This document shows positions 11,401 through 21,578 of a DNA stretch of 64,000 bases, piece after piece. The DNA comes from a bacterium endosymbiont of Escarpia laminata. GTDB lineage: Bacteria; Pseudomonadota; Gammaproteobacteria; Chromatiales; Chromatiaceae. Numbering within the stretch: the first letter of the stretch is position 1; each line of letters opens with the position of its first letter. The notes below the pieces were generated by a model. It saw only the letters and a program-made list of their open reading frames with translations. It was not told the origin of the DNA and searched no databases. The DNA lies in the NCBI GenBank assembly GCA_003660235.1, contig QGON01000065.1, positions 87,897 through 151,896 of the forward strand. The letters are read 5' to 3'. The position numbers were made by a program, and so were the translations under genes.

Positions 11401-14137
11401 TCGCCCGTGTAACAAACTTATCCAGGGTTTTGAGATGCGCCGCCGACTCCGCTTCAAAAATCTCAAGCAACTCGGTATCGAGTTCAATTTCCAGGTCCGC
11501 CGCCGGCAACCCTTCCTGTGGCACTTCGGCTTCAGCTTCCAGGGAAGCATCAACAACTGATTCTTCTATTGCAACTTCGTATCCGGCAACCTCGTCTCCA
11601 GTATCCAGATGGGCCAAGGCTTCATCAATCTGATCCAGTGCCGGTGATTCCATCACTGGCTCGGTAGAGTCAGCATCCTCTGACGCTTCAAAACCAGCCA
11701 CTGCGAGCTGATCTGTATCGACGAGTATCTCTTCCCCGGCGGATGGGTAGTACTCAGAAGGAGTGGACTCCTCCCCCTGCTCAGGCAGCGGTTTCACCTC
11801 TTCCGTTTTGGCAGTTGCCGATTCCGCCGCACGCCCTTCGGACAATGCGAAAGCGCGATTGATAACAGCATCGACATCAACTGTCGGCAACACCGAGCGT
11901 TCCTGACAATCGATGAGCTCCGGCATGATATTCTGCACGGTATCGAGCAGATCGAAAATCCCGGGGGTAATCTCAATGGTCTCGTCAATCACCCGGTTGA
12001 TCATATTCTCTACCGACCAGGCCAGTTCACCGATGATCTTTGCACCCACCAACCGCCCACTACCCTTCAGGGTATGGAACGAGCGACGAAAAGTGATGAG
12101 GGCGTCTTTGTCATCATGATTCTGCTGCCAGCGAGGCAGGTATTCCTGAATAACCTCCAGCTCTTCCCGGGCCTCTTCGATAAAAATCTCCAGGATTTCC
12201 GAGTCGATATCCTCGAGCGCCGGTTTGTCTGCCGACGGGATCGGGATCTCCTGAATCGACGCCTCAATATCAGCCTGTTCCACTTGCTGGGAGATAACAT
12301 CACCGGGGGATGGGGCTTCCAGGGCTTCACCCGGAACGGCTTCTTCAGCCTCTGACGCCTCGGCAGGATTTATCTCCGGGGATACGGGGAGGGGAACCAC
12401 CGGTGCCGGCACATCGCTGACAACTTCAGCCTTTTCAGAGGGCAGTGCACCACGCCTCTCAAGTAGGCCAGCCAGCGCCGCTCTTGCAATGCTGACAATC
12501 TCATTGCGATCACCCGCACCGTCGATCAGGGATTCGAGGAAGTACTCAATACTGCTTATGACATCAGCCAATGAATTCAGCTGTTGGCGTTCTGGAATCT
12601 GCCCGTCTTCTATAAGGCGAGCACGGATAAAGTCTGCCGTCAGGCCAAGTATCCGTGCGGGCTCAAGCAGCCCAAGCAGATTCAGGGCGCCGTAAACCCG
12701 ATGAAATTCATCGTAGACATCCTCAAGCACCGAGGCATCATGTGCCGTTTCGGTATAGCTGATGATCGCCTCTTTGGCTTTCGCAATGTCCACTTTTGCT
12801 TCGCGGACAGTTTGCTTGACCAGACTTTCATATTCGCCTTGGGGCAGGTCCTGTCCCCAGCCGCCATCATCGACTACGTGATCGATGGGGGCCTTTCCAC
12901 TGTGAATATTGCTCAGAGACGATTCGACAAACAGCAGGTCGCCCGCCATTTCCATCAGTTCAAACTCTTCCGGCAGAGTCTCCCGCTCAACGATAGAGTG
13001 GACACGGTCTGCCTGCCGAATCAGACGGGTACGAAGCGCGCCTTGGCCGATCATGCCAAGGGTGTCCCCCAACTTGCGCAGGGGGGTCTCCATCTTCGCC
13101 AGCGCACCGGGTTGGGACTGCTCTCCGCGCATGAACAGATCAAGGATATCCTTGACGTGGGTAAGTTCAATGTGGATAGCATCCCGAACCGACTCGGCAA
13201 GTTCCTCATTCGCTCCGGTCAGGCCCTGCCTGCCCAGCGCCAGATCCGCCTCGCTGGGCAGTACCTCATTCAGATGGTAGGCCTCTTTGACCTCCAGAAT
13301 ACGAGGATTGCCGGAATCGGCGCGGGCAACATAGTAGAGAAGATTTTTTATAAGGTCTTTCGGTGGGTCATTCACCAATGACGACTCACCTTCATCCACG
13401 ATATGTTTGAGTTGGCGGTCCAGCTTGCCAAGCAATTGTTTGACCGCGATACCGGAATCGATGGTGAATTCACGCAAACCCCGGATCAACGCGCCGGCAA
13501 CCCACATAAGGCGGTGGACCTGTTCAGTCCCGGCACTACGTTCCAGCTCGTCAACCACATCCTGCAGATAGCCCCAGCCTTTCTCAACATTCAGTTTGCG
13601 GTACCAGTTGAGTAGACCGAGATGGAACTTGTGCCGTGAACGGCGGGCCAAGGCGGGGAGATCCTCATTGGGCTCCCCTGTGATACGGCCAGCTACCTGG
13701 ACATCATCCAGATCAGGATTGAACAGCGCAGCCTCAGAAAGCAGCGGTGCCTCCCGCACGGCACGGAGATCATTCAGCAGTGGTAAAACGATGAACGGAA
13801 TGTCCGAATCACCAGCCTGCAGTTTTTCCAGATAGTCAGGCAGCTGTATCAGCGCCAGCATCAATGCTTCGGCAGCGTCATCGATCTGCCGCACCTTTCC
13901 GCTATACATCGCCCGTGCGACCTGCTCCATCTCTTCCGCAAGCATGCCGGGGCCATAAGCCTGAACCATCTGCAGTACACCAGATATCTGGTGCAGCCGA
14001 TCGGCGCAAACCTCCAGAGATAAGGCCTCGCCCTCGCCCTCGATCCGTTCCTCAAGCGCCTGTCGCGCCTGACGAAGGGTCTCGTCAATCTCTTCTTTGA
14101 CCCAGTTCAGGGCGCCAAAATCGTGAATGTTGGTCAC
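8465..14137 (-). CDS. chpA: Pil-Chp chemosensory histidine kinase (multi-Hpt, HATPase, CheW, REC)
   Basis: Several Hpt motifs (SFHTLKGSGR, LHTLHGSAH, LHTLKGSAR), HLLRNAVSHGIE, GRGVGLDVV and a C-terminal receiver domain. Confidence 0.96.
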   Translation of the reverse strand: MTNIHDFGALNWVKEEIDETLRQARQALEERIEGEGEALSLEVCADRLHQISGVLQMVQAYGPGMLAEEMEQVARAMYSGKVRQIDDAAEALMLALIQLPDYLEKLQAGDSDIPFIVLPLLNDLRAVREAPLLSEAALFNPDLDDVQVAGRITGEPNEDLPALARRSRHKFHLGLLNWYRKLNVEKGWGYLQDVVDELERSAGTEQVHRLMWVAGALIRGLREFTIDSGIAVKQLLGKLDRQLKHIVDEGESSLVNDPPKDLIKNLLYYVARADSGNPRILEVKEAYHLNEVLPSEADLALGRQGLTGANEELAESVRDAIHIELTHVKDILDLFMRGEQSQPGALAKMETPLRKLGDTLGMIGQGALRTRLIRQADRVHSIVERETLPEEFELMEMAGDLLFVESSLSNIHSGKAPIDHVVDDGGWGQDLPQGEYESLVKQTVREAKVDIAKAKEAIISYTETAHDASVLEDVYDEFHRVYGALNLLGLLEPARILGLTADFIRARLIEDGQIPERQQLNSLADVISSIEYFLESLIDGAGDRNEIVSIARAALAGLLERRGALPSEKAEVVSDVPAPVVPLPVSPEINPAEASEAEEAVPGEALEAPSPGDVISQQVEQADIEASIQEIPIPSADKPALEDIDSEILEIFIEEAREELEVIQEYLPRWQQNHDDKDALITFRRSFHTLKGSGRLVGAKIIGELAWSVENMINRVIDETIEITPGIFDLLDTVQNIMPELIDCQERSVLPTVDVDAVINRAFALSEGRAAESATAKTEEVKPLPEQGEESTPSEYYPSAGEEILVDTDQLAVAGFEASEDADSTEPVMESPALDQIDEALAHLDTGDEVAGYEVAIEESVVDASLEAEAEVPQEGLPAADLEIELDTELLEIFEAESAAHLKTLDKFVTRAKASAEGIPLTEKVSRALHTLHGSAHMAGVISIAGLSKALEYYVNSLMSHHQVANEGVVAFIDDGASLIRGLLAWLLDHNLQEPETEDFLHRLDHAHELLEKEEDREKTSDALQDGQMEDDVQEAEISETIELEPVSAEDVEEDIAAEAGREDISLPLMQEEPLFEVGDDPELIEIFVEEARELLESIESTYQQWMGDSQNDTLIDDIQRTLHTLKGSARLAGILPVGDLSHALETVFTGVADRQLPASESVTDLTRQALDRLATQVDEAGSIGRVHQPQNLIGELEDLLSEKGLAEVDGERILPETEEAEAPSPNVEEKATQPDETEPLQEGVPPADVWKKAFSLFKGETDVEPLADESGSIFRPARDQVRVSSILMDRMVNNAGEISIYRTRLEQQNSVLGFNLTELEQTVARLHDQLRKLEIETEAQILYRWERDDYEKDDVDKAAFDPLELDRFSNMQQLSRALIETVSDLDSIYHLMDDLQRETDTLLLQQSRISTDLQDGLLRTRMVPFAQLLPRLQRVVRQTADQLGKKARLDSFGADGEMDRSILNRMIPALEHLLRNAVSHGIERSSERAQAEKGEQGVVSLYMVREAGDIVLTISDDGRGMDIDAIKAKAVDHGLIVQDAEISDDDLMQCVLMPGFTTADEVTQIAGRGVGLDVVSSEVKQLGGTLSIDSQPGRGTSFTIRLPLTLAITDALLVQIGEEVYAIPHGSVEGVVRISHEELSACYAEKQTGYSYAGRSYKVENMGQLMMAGAPELHESAKWFPMLLVHTGEHQVALQVDGLLGTRQIVVKPLGKQISSVPWITGGTILADGRVALILDTGTLVRLGAAHALAVPDAVKAADAGVEKERLRVLVVDDSITVRKVTTRLLERHEMDVVTAKDGVDAVALLQEQVPDIMLLDIEMPRMDGFELARHMRNSAEYKKVPIIMISSRVGEKHRQRAFDLGVKRCLGKPFQESDLLENINEVLAEGST

Positions 14138-14245
14138 AGGCGTACCTCAGTAGCCCATTCACGTATCGCAAAAAAAACTTTGCTCAGCATTTTGCCCCTA
14201 ATACCCCTAACCACCATTGAACTAAAAAAATGAAACGCCCCGTCT

Positions 14246-16276
14246 TTACGGAAGACGGAAACCGGCAACAGTTTTCTGCAGTTCATCAGAGAGATCAGCC
14301 AGCTCTCCGATGGATTGCGCGGTCTGGTTGGTACCCTCAGATGTCTGGGTAGTGATCTCCTGAATAACCGCCATGGTGTCATTGATCCTGGCGGACTCAT
14401 CGGACTGTATCTTGGCTGAACTTGAAATCTTCTCAGTCAGGTCAGAGATATACTGAGAGACGTTCTCGATCTCCATCAGGGCTTCACCGGCATCCTCTGC
14501 GAACTTGGCGCCTTTCACTACACCTGCGGTACTGGCATCCATGGAGATAACTGCCTCGTTGGTATCCGCCTGGATGGTTTTAACCAGCGCCTCGATCTGC
14601 TTGGTTGCGTTGATGGAACGTTCAGCAAGACGCTGTACCTCGTCCGCAACCACCGCAAAACCACGACCCGCCTCACCTGCCATCGCCGCCTGCATAGCAG
14701 CGTTCAGGGCCAGAATATTCGTCTGATCAGCAATGTCATCGATCAGCTCTACGATATCCCCGATCTCCTGAGAGCTTTCACCCAATCGTTTGATACGTTT
14801 CGAGGTTTCCTGAATCTGCTCGCGGATCGCATCCATGCCCTGGATAGTATTGCGCACGGTGTCGGCACCCGTGTTAGCGATATCAACCGAGCGCTTCGCA
14901 ACCTCGGCCGTCTCCGCTGCGTCCTTCGTCATCTGATCGATAGCGATCGTCATCTCCTTGATGGAGGCATTCGCCTGGGTGATCTGCTCTGCCTGATGCT
15001 CACTCGCTTCTGCAAGATGCATTGCGGTTGCGCGACTCTCCTGTGTCGAGGACGAGACCTGTTCCGAGGTGGCATTGATGGTGGTAACCAGTTCCCGCAG
15101 GGCCTCGATAGCATAGTTGATGGAGTCGGCAATGGCACCGGTAATATCCTCGGTGACGCTGGCGGTCACTGTCAGGTCACCATCCGCCAAGTCGCCCATT
15201 TCATCCAACAGACGTAGAATCGCCTTTTGGTTGTTTTCGTTCTGCTGCTTACTCGCTTCTTCACGCCGGCGGGCATCAACTATGAGCTGCACGCCCAACA
15301 GGATTAGAAACAGTGCCGCTGCGGCGCCAAATAGTGCCACCGCACCTGGACCAACCTTGATGCCAAGCAACTGAAATCGTCCGGGAGACTCACCAAAGGC
15401 CTTGATCAGTTGTTCCGCTTTGTCACTGGTTCGGTCACTGATCGCGTCGACCGTAGATGCCGCCTCAAGTGCCGGCAGTACCGCCGGAATACTGTCGATG
15501 ATCTCTTCTGCATGATCGTTGATGGTGCCGAACAAGGTGGCAACATCCCGTAAACTTGCAGCTGCGGCAGGATTCGTTACTTTTTCCACGCCCAAGTCAG
15601 GATCACCCTCCAACAACCCGTCCAATACACGGCCAAAACGATCGCCATCCCGGCTAAACTGATCAATGGCGGATGCTGTCTCCTGCCCACCAAGCAATAC
15701 TGCATTCACCTTGGTATCGATTCGCTGTGCCAACATCAGCTGTTCAGTGGCGATATAAATTTGGCGTGGCGACGCCTGCTCGTTGATCAGGCCCTGCACA
15801 ACCTCATTTGAAAGATCCTGTAGCTGAGGAATAAATTCTGAAATGACGCTGGAAAACTCGCCAATTGCCAAGGTGGGTTCTTTCGCGGCAATAATCTCAT
15901 CCGCATTCTGGCGCAATTCAAGCCAGGTATTTTCAACCTCACGAAGGATTGGGCGCACCTCGTCCGGCGCTGGAGGCAATCCCTTTGAGCGTACGCCATT
16001 CTTGAGTTCCCACATGATCTGCTCAAAGCGATCCCGGACGTTCTGCAGGGAACTGAATGCCTGTCGCTCGCCACGAGCGGCCAAGAGGGAAAATTTAGCC
16101 AGTCGCTGAGCCAGAATCCTCTGTTCAGCGGCTCTCAACAGGTACTGTTCGTCAAACGCCTCTTGCCTGGTGGTATGCACAAAGGTCAACAGCGCCAGAA
16201 CCAATGACACCAACAGTAGTATGGAAAGTACCGTTATGGCCCTGTTTGACGGTGATTTAGCACCTCTTACTTTCAT
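14246..16276 (-). CDS. pilJ: Type IV pilus methyl-accepting chemoreceptor PilJ
   Basis: Two TMs and MCP hairpin [31 protein letters not shown], in pil operon position. Confidence 0.95.
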   Translation of the reverse strand: MKVRGAKSPSNRAITVLSILLLVSLVLALLTFVHTTRQEAFDEQYLLRAAEQRILAQRLAKFSLLAARGERQAFSSLQNVRDRFEQIMWELKNGVRSKGLPPAPDEVRPILREVENTWLELRQNADEIIAAKEPTLAIGEFSSVISEFIPQLQDLSNEVVQGLINEQASPRQIYIATEQLMLAQRIDTKVNAVLLGGQETASAIDQFSRDGDRFGRVLDGLLEGDPDLGVEKVTNPAAAASLRDVATLFGTINDHAEEIIDSIPAVLPALEAASTVDAISDRTSDKAEQLIKAFGESPGRFQLLGIKVGPGAVALFGAAAALFLILLGVQLIVDARRREEASKQQNENNQKAILRLLDEMGDLADGDLTVTASVTEDITGAIADSINYAIEALRELVTTINATSEQVSSSTQESRATAMHLAEASEHQAEQITQANASIKEMTIAIDQMTKDAAETAEVAKRSVDIANTGADTVRNTIQGMDAIREQIQETSKRIKRLGESSQEIGDIVELIDDIADQTNILALNAAMQAAMAGEAGRGFAVVADEVQRLAERSINATKQIEALVKTIQADTNEAVISMDASTAGVVKGAKFAEDAGEALMEIENVSQYISDLTEKISSSAKIQSDESARINDTMAVIQEITTQTSEGTNQTAQSIGELADLSDELQKTVAGFRLP

Positions 16277-16335
16277 TACTCTTTCTCCTGAAAGCGCATC
16301 TTCAAGCCCCGCTGCAAGCGGTGCGTGACACGGAC

Positions 16336-16902
16336 TTACACGGCCGCAACCTGAAAAGCAGGATCCTGCGCCAATGAAAACAGACTTAAAACCGGCCAGA
16401 CTTCACCATCCAGGTCAAATCCAAACCGTACATATTTTTCCATACGACCAACAACACCATGATTGGCGATTGCCATCGTTTCGCTGAAATGGCGCATACC
16501 CACCATTTCACCCACCAGGACACCGGTAAAAACGTCATGATGAGCAAAAACCAGTACCCGGCTGCGCCGGCCACGTTCTGTTTTATTTCCGACAAGATAG
16601 GATTGCAAGTCGATAACGGGAATCAGATTGCCGCGAACATTTGCCACACCCAGCATCCAGGATTTCGTTCCAGGGACTGGGGTAATATTGCTGGGATAGT
16701 TAAGGATCTCTTTTATCTCATCGAGTGGAGCGACCAGTCTTTGCTCACCAACGAAGAACATGACGCCTTCCCACTGCGCCTCGGCCTGCTCCTGCTGGGG
16801 AAGCCCCCGGGCAAACTCTCTGCTGCGATGTTCGATAACCTGTAAAAGCTGCAGCAGCTCTTCAGGATCATCAAACATTGGGTCAGAAAGCATTTCAGCC
16901 AT
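16336..16902 (-). CDS. pilI: CheW-like PilI
   Basis: [26 protein letters not shown]; lies between pilH and pilJ. Confidence 0.93.
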   Translation of the reverse strand: MAEMLSDPMFDDPEELLQLLQVIEHRSREFARGLPQQEQAEAQWEGVMFFVGEQRLVAPLDEIKEILNYPSNITPVPGTKSWMLGVANVRGNLIPVIDLQSYLVGNKTERGRRSRVLVFAHHDVFTGVLVGEMVGMRHFSETMAIANHGVVGRMEKYVRFGFDLDGEVWPVLSLFSLAQDPAFQVAAV

Positions 16903-17335
16903 TCAGCAACACCTTGATCTTGGCCAGCAAGTCTGCAGGCGCCACCGGCTTGACCAGGTATTCACTGGCCCCCTGGCGTTTCCCCCAGCTCCGGTCCGTC
17001 TCCTGATCTTTCGTAGTCACCATGATCACAGGAATTTTTGCGGTCCCCTCGTCGTTCTGCAACTGCCGGGTCGCCTGAAAACCATTCAGTATAGGCATCA
17101 CCACATCCATCAATATCAAATCCGGATGTGTGCGCTTTGCCGTATCGACACCCTCCTGACCATCACGCGCCACCAGAACCTGAAAGCCCTGCTTTTCCAG
17201 GATCTTCTTCAGAACATGCACCTCCGTCGGGGAATCATCCACGATCAATATCGTAGCCGCGTCTGCCCCAGGTACCACAGTGGCCTGATCAAGCTCTTTT
17301 GGAGTCCTGTCTCTATTAAAAAATCTTCTTATCAT
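16895..17335 (-). CDS. pilH: Response regulator PilH
   Basis: ILIVDDSPTE...DLILMDVVMP..NGFQATR; has an approx. 25-aa N-terminal extension. Confidence 0.92.
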   Translation of the reverse strand: MIRRFFNRDRTPKELDQATVVPGADAATILIVDDSPTEVHVLKKILEKQGFQVLVARDGQEGVDTAKRTHPDLILMDVVMPILNGFQATRQLQNDEGTAKIPVIMVTTKDQETDRSWGKRQGASEYLVKPVAPADLLAKIKVLLNG

Positions 17336-17407
17336 CGATATAAAGCGCCGAAAGCTCTCATGCTCGCTGGCCGCAGTCTATGCGACCCCCATAATCATAT
17401 ACTCTGA

Positions 17408-17812
17408 TCAGGCTGCCTTAGTGGCGTATCGCCTTATCGCACCCAAGAGTTCATCCTTTGTAAAAGGCTTGGTCAGGTACTGCTCAGAACCAACAATACG
17501 CCCGCGTGCCCGGTCAAAAAGACCATCTTTACTGGAGAGCATGATGACAGGAATGCCTTTATAAACTTCATTATGCTTTATCAGCGCGCAGGTCTGGTAA
17601 CCATCGAGACGCGGCATCATGATATCGACAAAGATAACGTCGGGATGATGGTCGGCAATCATCGCCAGCGCCTCAAAGCCATCAATAGCGGTCATAACTT
17701 CACAACCGGCTTTTTTCAGAAGACTTTCAGCAGTACGTCGGATGGTCTTACTGTCATCAATGACCATCACCTTGACCCCTGAAATATCCGTCTCCGTATC
17801 TTCAGCACTCAA
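17408..17812 (-). CDS. pilG: Response regulator PilG
   Basis: KVMVIDDSKTIRRTAE...LSSKDGLFDRARGRIVGSEQYLTKPF. Confidence 0.96.
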   Translation of the reverse strand: MSAEDTETDISGVKVMVIDDSKTIRRTAESLLKKAGCEVMTAIDGFEALAMIADHHPDVIFVDIMMPRLDGYQTCALIKHNEVYKGIPVIMLSSKDGLFDRARGRIVGSEQYLTKPFTKDELLGAIRRYATKAA

Positions 17813-17859
17813 CTTGACATCCTCTCGATAATGGGGCGACGCAGCACATAGTAGGCCAA

Positions 17860-18591
17860 CTATTTGTTAGGAATTACAGTTGTCAGGCCCCACAACTGCC
17901 ACAACTGCATACCTCCCCGGTAGTAAAAAAGCCTTTCCGGTGGATATCCCACTTTCAATAGCCCCTTTATCGCCCTGGGAGATTGGCCACAAGATGGACC
18001 ATTACACCCCAACACCAGGTCCTTGGCTTTGGAAAAATCCCATTTACCGCTCTTCAACTCCCCATCCATGAACCCCATCTCTTCTATTTTACGGGTGAAA
18101 AAACCTACGCTGGAACGCCGTATGACGCCAAACGACTCCAGCGCCTTCACCATTTCCGGGGCGTCCACATCTTTGGAAAGAGTGGTGAAAGGGATGTTGA
18201 CGGAGCCGGGGATAGTTCCACGCTGATGCCACTGGGGAGTTCTGGCATCGATCAGCAGCCCCTCTCCATCCCGCAATTTTGTCTCCATAAATTCGAAGAT
18301 CTCGACTTCACCGATGGTCGACACCCGCGGATCCGCCTGCTCCGGCCTGATACAAAACGGCGGACATTTACGCACCGTCCTGGCAAAATAACCTCTGAGT
18401 TCGTAGTCGGGATCCTGAACCCGCTGAATCTTTACGGAACGTCCCTCATGCATGACATGAAGATAGGGTTTATCGGCAGTCAAACCAACCACACCGCTGC
18501 TTTCACCTACCTCTAACTCATCTGCCAAAGCGGCTCCCGCCATAATCAGCAGAAGAAAGATGACGAAAGTATATTTAACGAATAATTTCAT
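17860..18591 (-). CDS. Exported rhodanese-like domain protein
   Basis: Signal peptide, LLIDARTPQW...GTIPGSVNIP and CNGPSCGQS active-site loop. Confidence 0.85.
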   Translation of the reverse strand: MKLFVKYTFVIFLLLIMAGAALADELEVGESSGVVGLTADKPYLHVMHEGRSVKIQRVQDPDYELRGYFARTVRKCPPFCIRPEQADPRVSTIGEVEIFEFMETKLRDGEGLLIDARTPQWHQRGTIPGSVNIPFTTLSKDVDAPEMVKALESFGVIRRSSVGFFTRKIEEMGFMDGELKSGKWDFSKAKDLVLGCNGPSCGQSPRAIKGLLKVGYPPERLFYYRGGMQLWQLWGLTTVIPNK

Positions 18592-18667
18592 GCCTGTCCC
18601 CGTAATTCTATTCTTATTTTGAGAAATTCAAAGCCGCTGCCCTCGGTATTCGAAAGTACCCTCATGT

Positions 18668-19066
18668 TTAGCGATGCAGGAACCGGTCCATGATCTTTTT
18701 ACGAATGTCTCCGATGGAGGCCCCGCTCTTGTAATCAAGATAGATCTCCTCCTGACTTCTGCCAGGCAACTTTCTATAAAAAGTAAAACTGCCCAGGTAA
18801 CGACTCTTCAGGTTAGCCTCAAATTCCTCCTGGGTTGGCCCACCTTCAGCCAATGGCGCCTGTTCACTCTGCCCACCAACGTCGCCCCGCTGCTCCACCT
18901 TCTTGGCTTCTTCAGCGATGGCGGAGAGGAAGGCATCATCCTCATCCTCCGCTGTGACCACGCCGCTGACAAATATGAGAATAAGAAAGAACAACCACCG
19001 AAAACCCGGTCGCAGCATCGCCAAACCGCTCTGACGGCTGAATCCTACCGGCATAGCGCACCTCAA
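18668..19066 (-). CDS. Hypothetical exported protein (start may be ATG at 19018)
   Basis: Signal-peptide-like hydrophobic stretch followed by a charged helical region; no recognised domain. Confidence 0.6.
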   Translation of the reverse strand: MRCAMPVGFSRQSGLAMLRPGFRWLFFLILIFVSGVVTAEDEDDAFLSAIAEEAKKVEQRGDVGGQSEQAPLAEGGPTQEEFEANLKSRYLGSFTFYRKLPGRSQEEIYLDYKSGASIGDIRKKIMDRFLHR

Positions 19067-19341
19067 ATAATTAATGATTTAACAATTGCGGCTCGCTGCC
19101 CTTCTCACACTGCCAGGATGAACAACGAATCTCTTTATTATACGGCCGAACCCCTTCAGCCTACACCAACCATCCTGGATTCGCTCAAAATAGCAAGATG
19201 TTCACCCCGCATCAAGGTTAGCCTTCCTCGCATCAGGTTTGAAGGATCTTTGTCGATAACCGTGACCTCCTCGCTGTTTTATTGCATGAATAAAGCAAAG
19301 TCGCTTAAAACCATCCCGATTCCAAAGTAAACTGTGACACC

Positions 19342-19545
19342 ATGAAGATCAGAATTGGCGTAGTCATGGACCCTATCGGGTCCATCAATATTAAAAAAGA
19401 CAGTACTTTTGCCATGCTGCTCACAGCTCAGGCCCGGGGGAATCTGGCCGCCGGTGGCCGAGGAGAGGGTGTCCCACTGTCGGAGCGGGATCGCTGGATT
19501 GCCGGCGATCTGATGAATGCCATCCAGGGGAAACTGCAACAATGA
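19342..19545 (+). pseudogene. gshB: Glutathione synthetase remnant with two in-frame internal deletions (67 aa)
   Basis: Three GshB segments fused in frame: N-terminus MKIRIGVVMDPIGSINIKKDSTFAMLLTAQARG, internal (RG)NLAAGGRGEGVPLSERDRWIA and C-terminus (IA)GDLMNAIQGKLQQ. Expected syntenic position. Confidence 0.92.
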
Positions 19546-20606
19546 GATCCGTCTGCATCAGAGTCTCCCAACAACTCCCGCTTGCCCTCCTCATCCTGTT
19601 CACGCTGATAGTCGCGGGCTGTCATGGAGAGCACCAGCCCATCCACCACAGCCGGTTCCTCGCCTTTGGCACCCTGGTCGACCTCGACATCGTCGGCGCA
19701 GATCGGGAAACCGCAGAACGGGCCAGCGCAGCCATCCAGGCCGATTTCAACGATATGCATCAAGCTTGGCATGCCTGGGATCCCGGCCCACTGAAACGTG
19801 TTAACCTTCTGATTCAGAAGGGGGAACAGTTTGCCATCCCGCCATCGGTGCAGCCCCTGATCGAACAGTCCAGCCTGCTCTCCGCCCAGAGCAACCATCT
19901 TTTCAACCCCGCCATTGGTCATCTGATCGATCTCTGGGGTTTTCAGAAGAGTCCCGAGCAGTGGGAGCCTCCTCCGCAGGAGGCAATCGACAAACTGCTC
20001 ACAGCCAATCCGCGCATGTCGGATCTGCAACTGGACGACATTCTGCTGCAATCATCAAATCCGTCAGTCAAACTCGATTTCGGGGCCTTCGGCAAGGGGT
20101 ATGGCATCGACCTGGCCATAGAACATCTGCGCGAATTGGGTATCCACAGCGCCATCCTCAATTCCGGGGGTGATCTGCGAGCTATCGGCAACCGTGACGG
20201 ACGCCCCTGGCGCATCGCCATTCGCCGGCCCAGCGGCCACGGTGTCTTTGCCATGGTGGAGGTGGATGGGGACGAAAGCGTCTTCACCTCCGGCGATTAC
20301 GAGCGGAACTTCATGTATGAGGGCCGTCTGTATCACCACATCATCGATCCCCGCACTGGTTACCCCGCCACAAAATCCCATTCTGTCACCGTCATCCATC
20401 AAGATGCCGCCACCGCCGACGCTGCCGCCACCGCACTCTTTATCGCCGGGCCGGATGAGTGGCATGAGATCGCACAGGCAATGGGGATAAAATTTGTCCT
20501 TCTGGTGGGCAGCGACGACCGCATTCATATGAACCCGGCGATGCAGAAACGGGTCATACTGGTGGACGAAAATCATCAGGAAATCGTCGTGAGCAAGCCG
20601 CTCTGA
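19542..20606 (+). CDS. apbE: FAD:protein FMN transferase (ApbE family lipoprotein)
   Basis: Lipobox IVAGC; LDFGAFGKGY, TSGDYER, YHHIIDPRTGYP and ADAAATALF motifs. Confidence 0.93.
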   Translation: MRSVCIRVSQQLPLALLILFTLIVAGCHGEHQPIHHSRFLAFGTLVDLDIVGADRETAERASAAIQADFNDMHQAWHAWDPGPLKRVNLLIQKGEQFAIPPSVQPLIEQSSLLSAQSNHLFNPAIGHLIDLWGFQKSPEQWEPPPQEAIDKLLTANPRMSDLQLDDILLQSSNPSVKLDFGAFGKGYGIDLAIEHLRELGIHSAILNSGGDLRAIGNRDGRPWRIAIRRPSGHGVFAMVEVDGDESVFTSGDYERNFMYEGRLYHHIIDPRTGYPATKSHSVTVIHQDAATADAAATALFIAGPDEWHEIAQAMGIKFVLLVGSDDRIHMNPAMQKRVILVDENHQEIVVSKPL

Positions 20607-20635
20607 ACGAGGGAGCCCCGGAAACCGAATAACCT

Positions 20636-21517
20636 ATGGGTATGACCGCATCACTCCCACAGACCGACCGCTTGGGGATCACCCTGTTTGTAGCGGCCTG
20701 TCTGCATGCCCTGCTCATCCTTGGCGTCACCTTCAAATTCGAAGATAGAAAACCACCGGATCACCGTCAGCAGAGCCTTGAAATCATGGTGGTCAGACAA
20801 CCACAGGCACCACCAGAGAAAGAGGTGAAGGCCGACTTTCTTGCCCAAGTAACGCAATCAGGTGGCGGCAGCGAAAAAACGCCAAAAAAGCCAGCTACCG
20901 AGGCGATAGCGCAGCCGGCGCCGGAACCCGCACCTAAACAGACCCGATCCGCGCCAAAGATGAGTCTGCCCCAACCCTCCCCAAGAGCGGAAAAAAAACT
21001 CATCACCCAGACGAAATCAACAATCAAACTCAAAGCCGAGCAGGCTCAGCCTGAACCCAAAAAACGTCTGACGGCTGCTCAATTGCTGGCCAGCAAAAAC
21101 CTTGAGATCGCCCGCCTTACCGCTGATCTGGAAGAGAAATCCCGGGCCTATGCCAAACGGACCCGGCGCAAGGCGGTCAGCGCCAGCACAAAGGAGTATA
21201 AATATTCGGCCTACCTGGAATCCTGGCGGCGCAAGGTGGAGCGCATCGGCAATCTGAACTATCCGGATGAAGCCAAGCGCCAGCGGCTCTACGGCAATCT
21301 GGTGTTGCATGTTGCGGTCAAGGCAGACGGCACCATAGAGCGGGTCCGCATACTGCACTCATCCGGACACAAAATGCTTGATGACGCAGCAGTCCGCATC
21401 GTCAGACTGGCGGCCCCCTACTCACCTTTTCCAAACAACATCAGAAAAGAGACTGATGTGCTCGACATCACCCGCACCTGGCAATTCCTGCGCAGCAACA
21501 GATTGGACTCGGAATAG
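20636..21517 (+). CDS. tonB: TonB family energy transducer
   Basis: N-terminal TM, Pro/Lys-rich linker and C-terminal TonB_C (NYPDEAKRQ...SSGHKMLDDAA); same position as in Pseudomonas gshB-tonB-algH. Confidence 0.85.
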   Translation: MGMTASLPQTDRLGITLFVAACLHALLILGVTFKFEDRKPPDHRQQSLEIMVVRQPQAPPEKEVKADFLAQVTQSGGGSEKTPKKPATEAIAQPAPEPAPKQTRSAPKMSLPQPSPRAEKKLITQTKSTIKLKAEQAQPEPKKRLTAAQLLASKNLEIARLTADLEEKSRAYAKRTRRKAVSASTKEYKYSAYLESWRRKVERIGNLNYPDEAKRQRLYGNLVLHVAVKADGTIERVRILHSSGHKMLDDAAVRIVRLAAPYSPFPNNIRKETDVLDITRTWQFLRSNRLDSE

Positions 21518-21578
21518 TCCCTGTCGCGGAAAAAACCTCTTCTATTTGGTTGCAGACAGGACGCCACGATCAGATACT

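Noticed and set aside
14138-14245. Possible pilK deletion scar between pilJ and chpA
   Set aside because: No CheR-like residues in any frame; only a weak hairpin at the pilJ stop and a TTAGGGG duplication.
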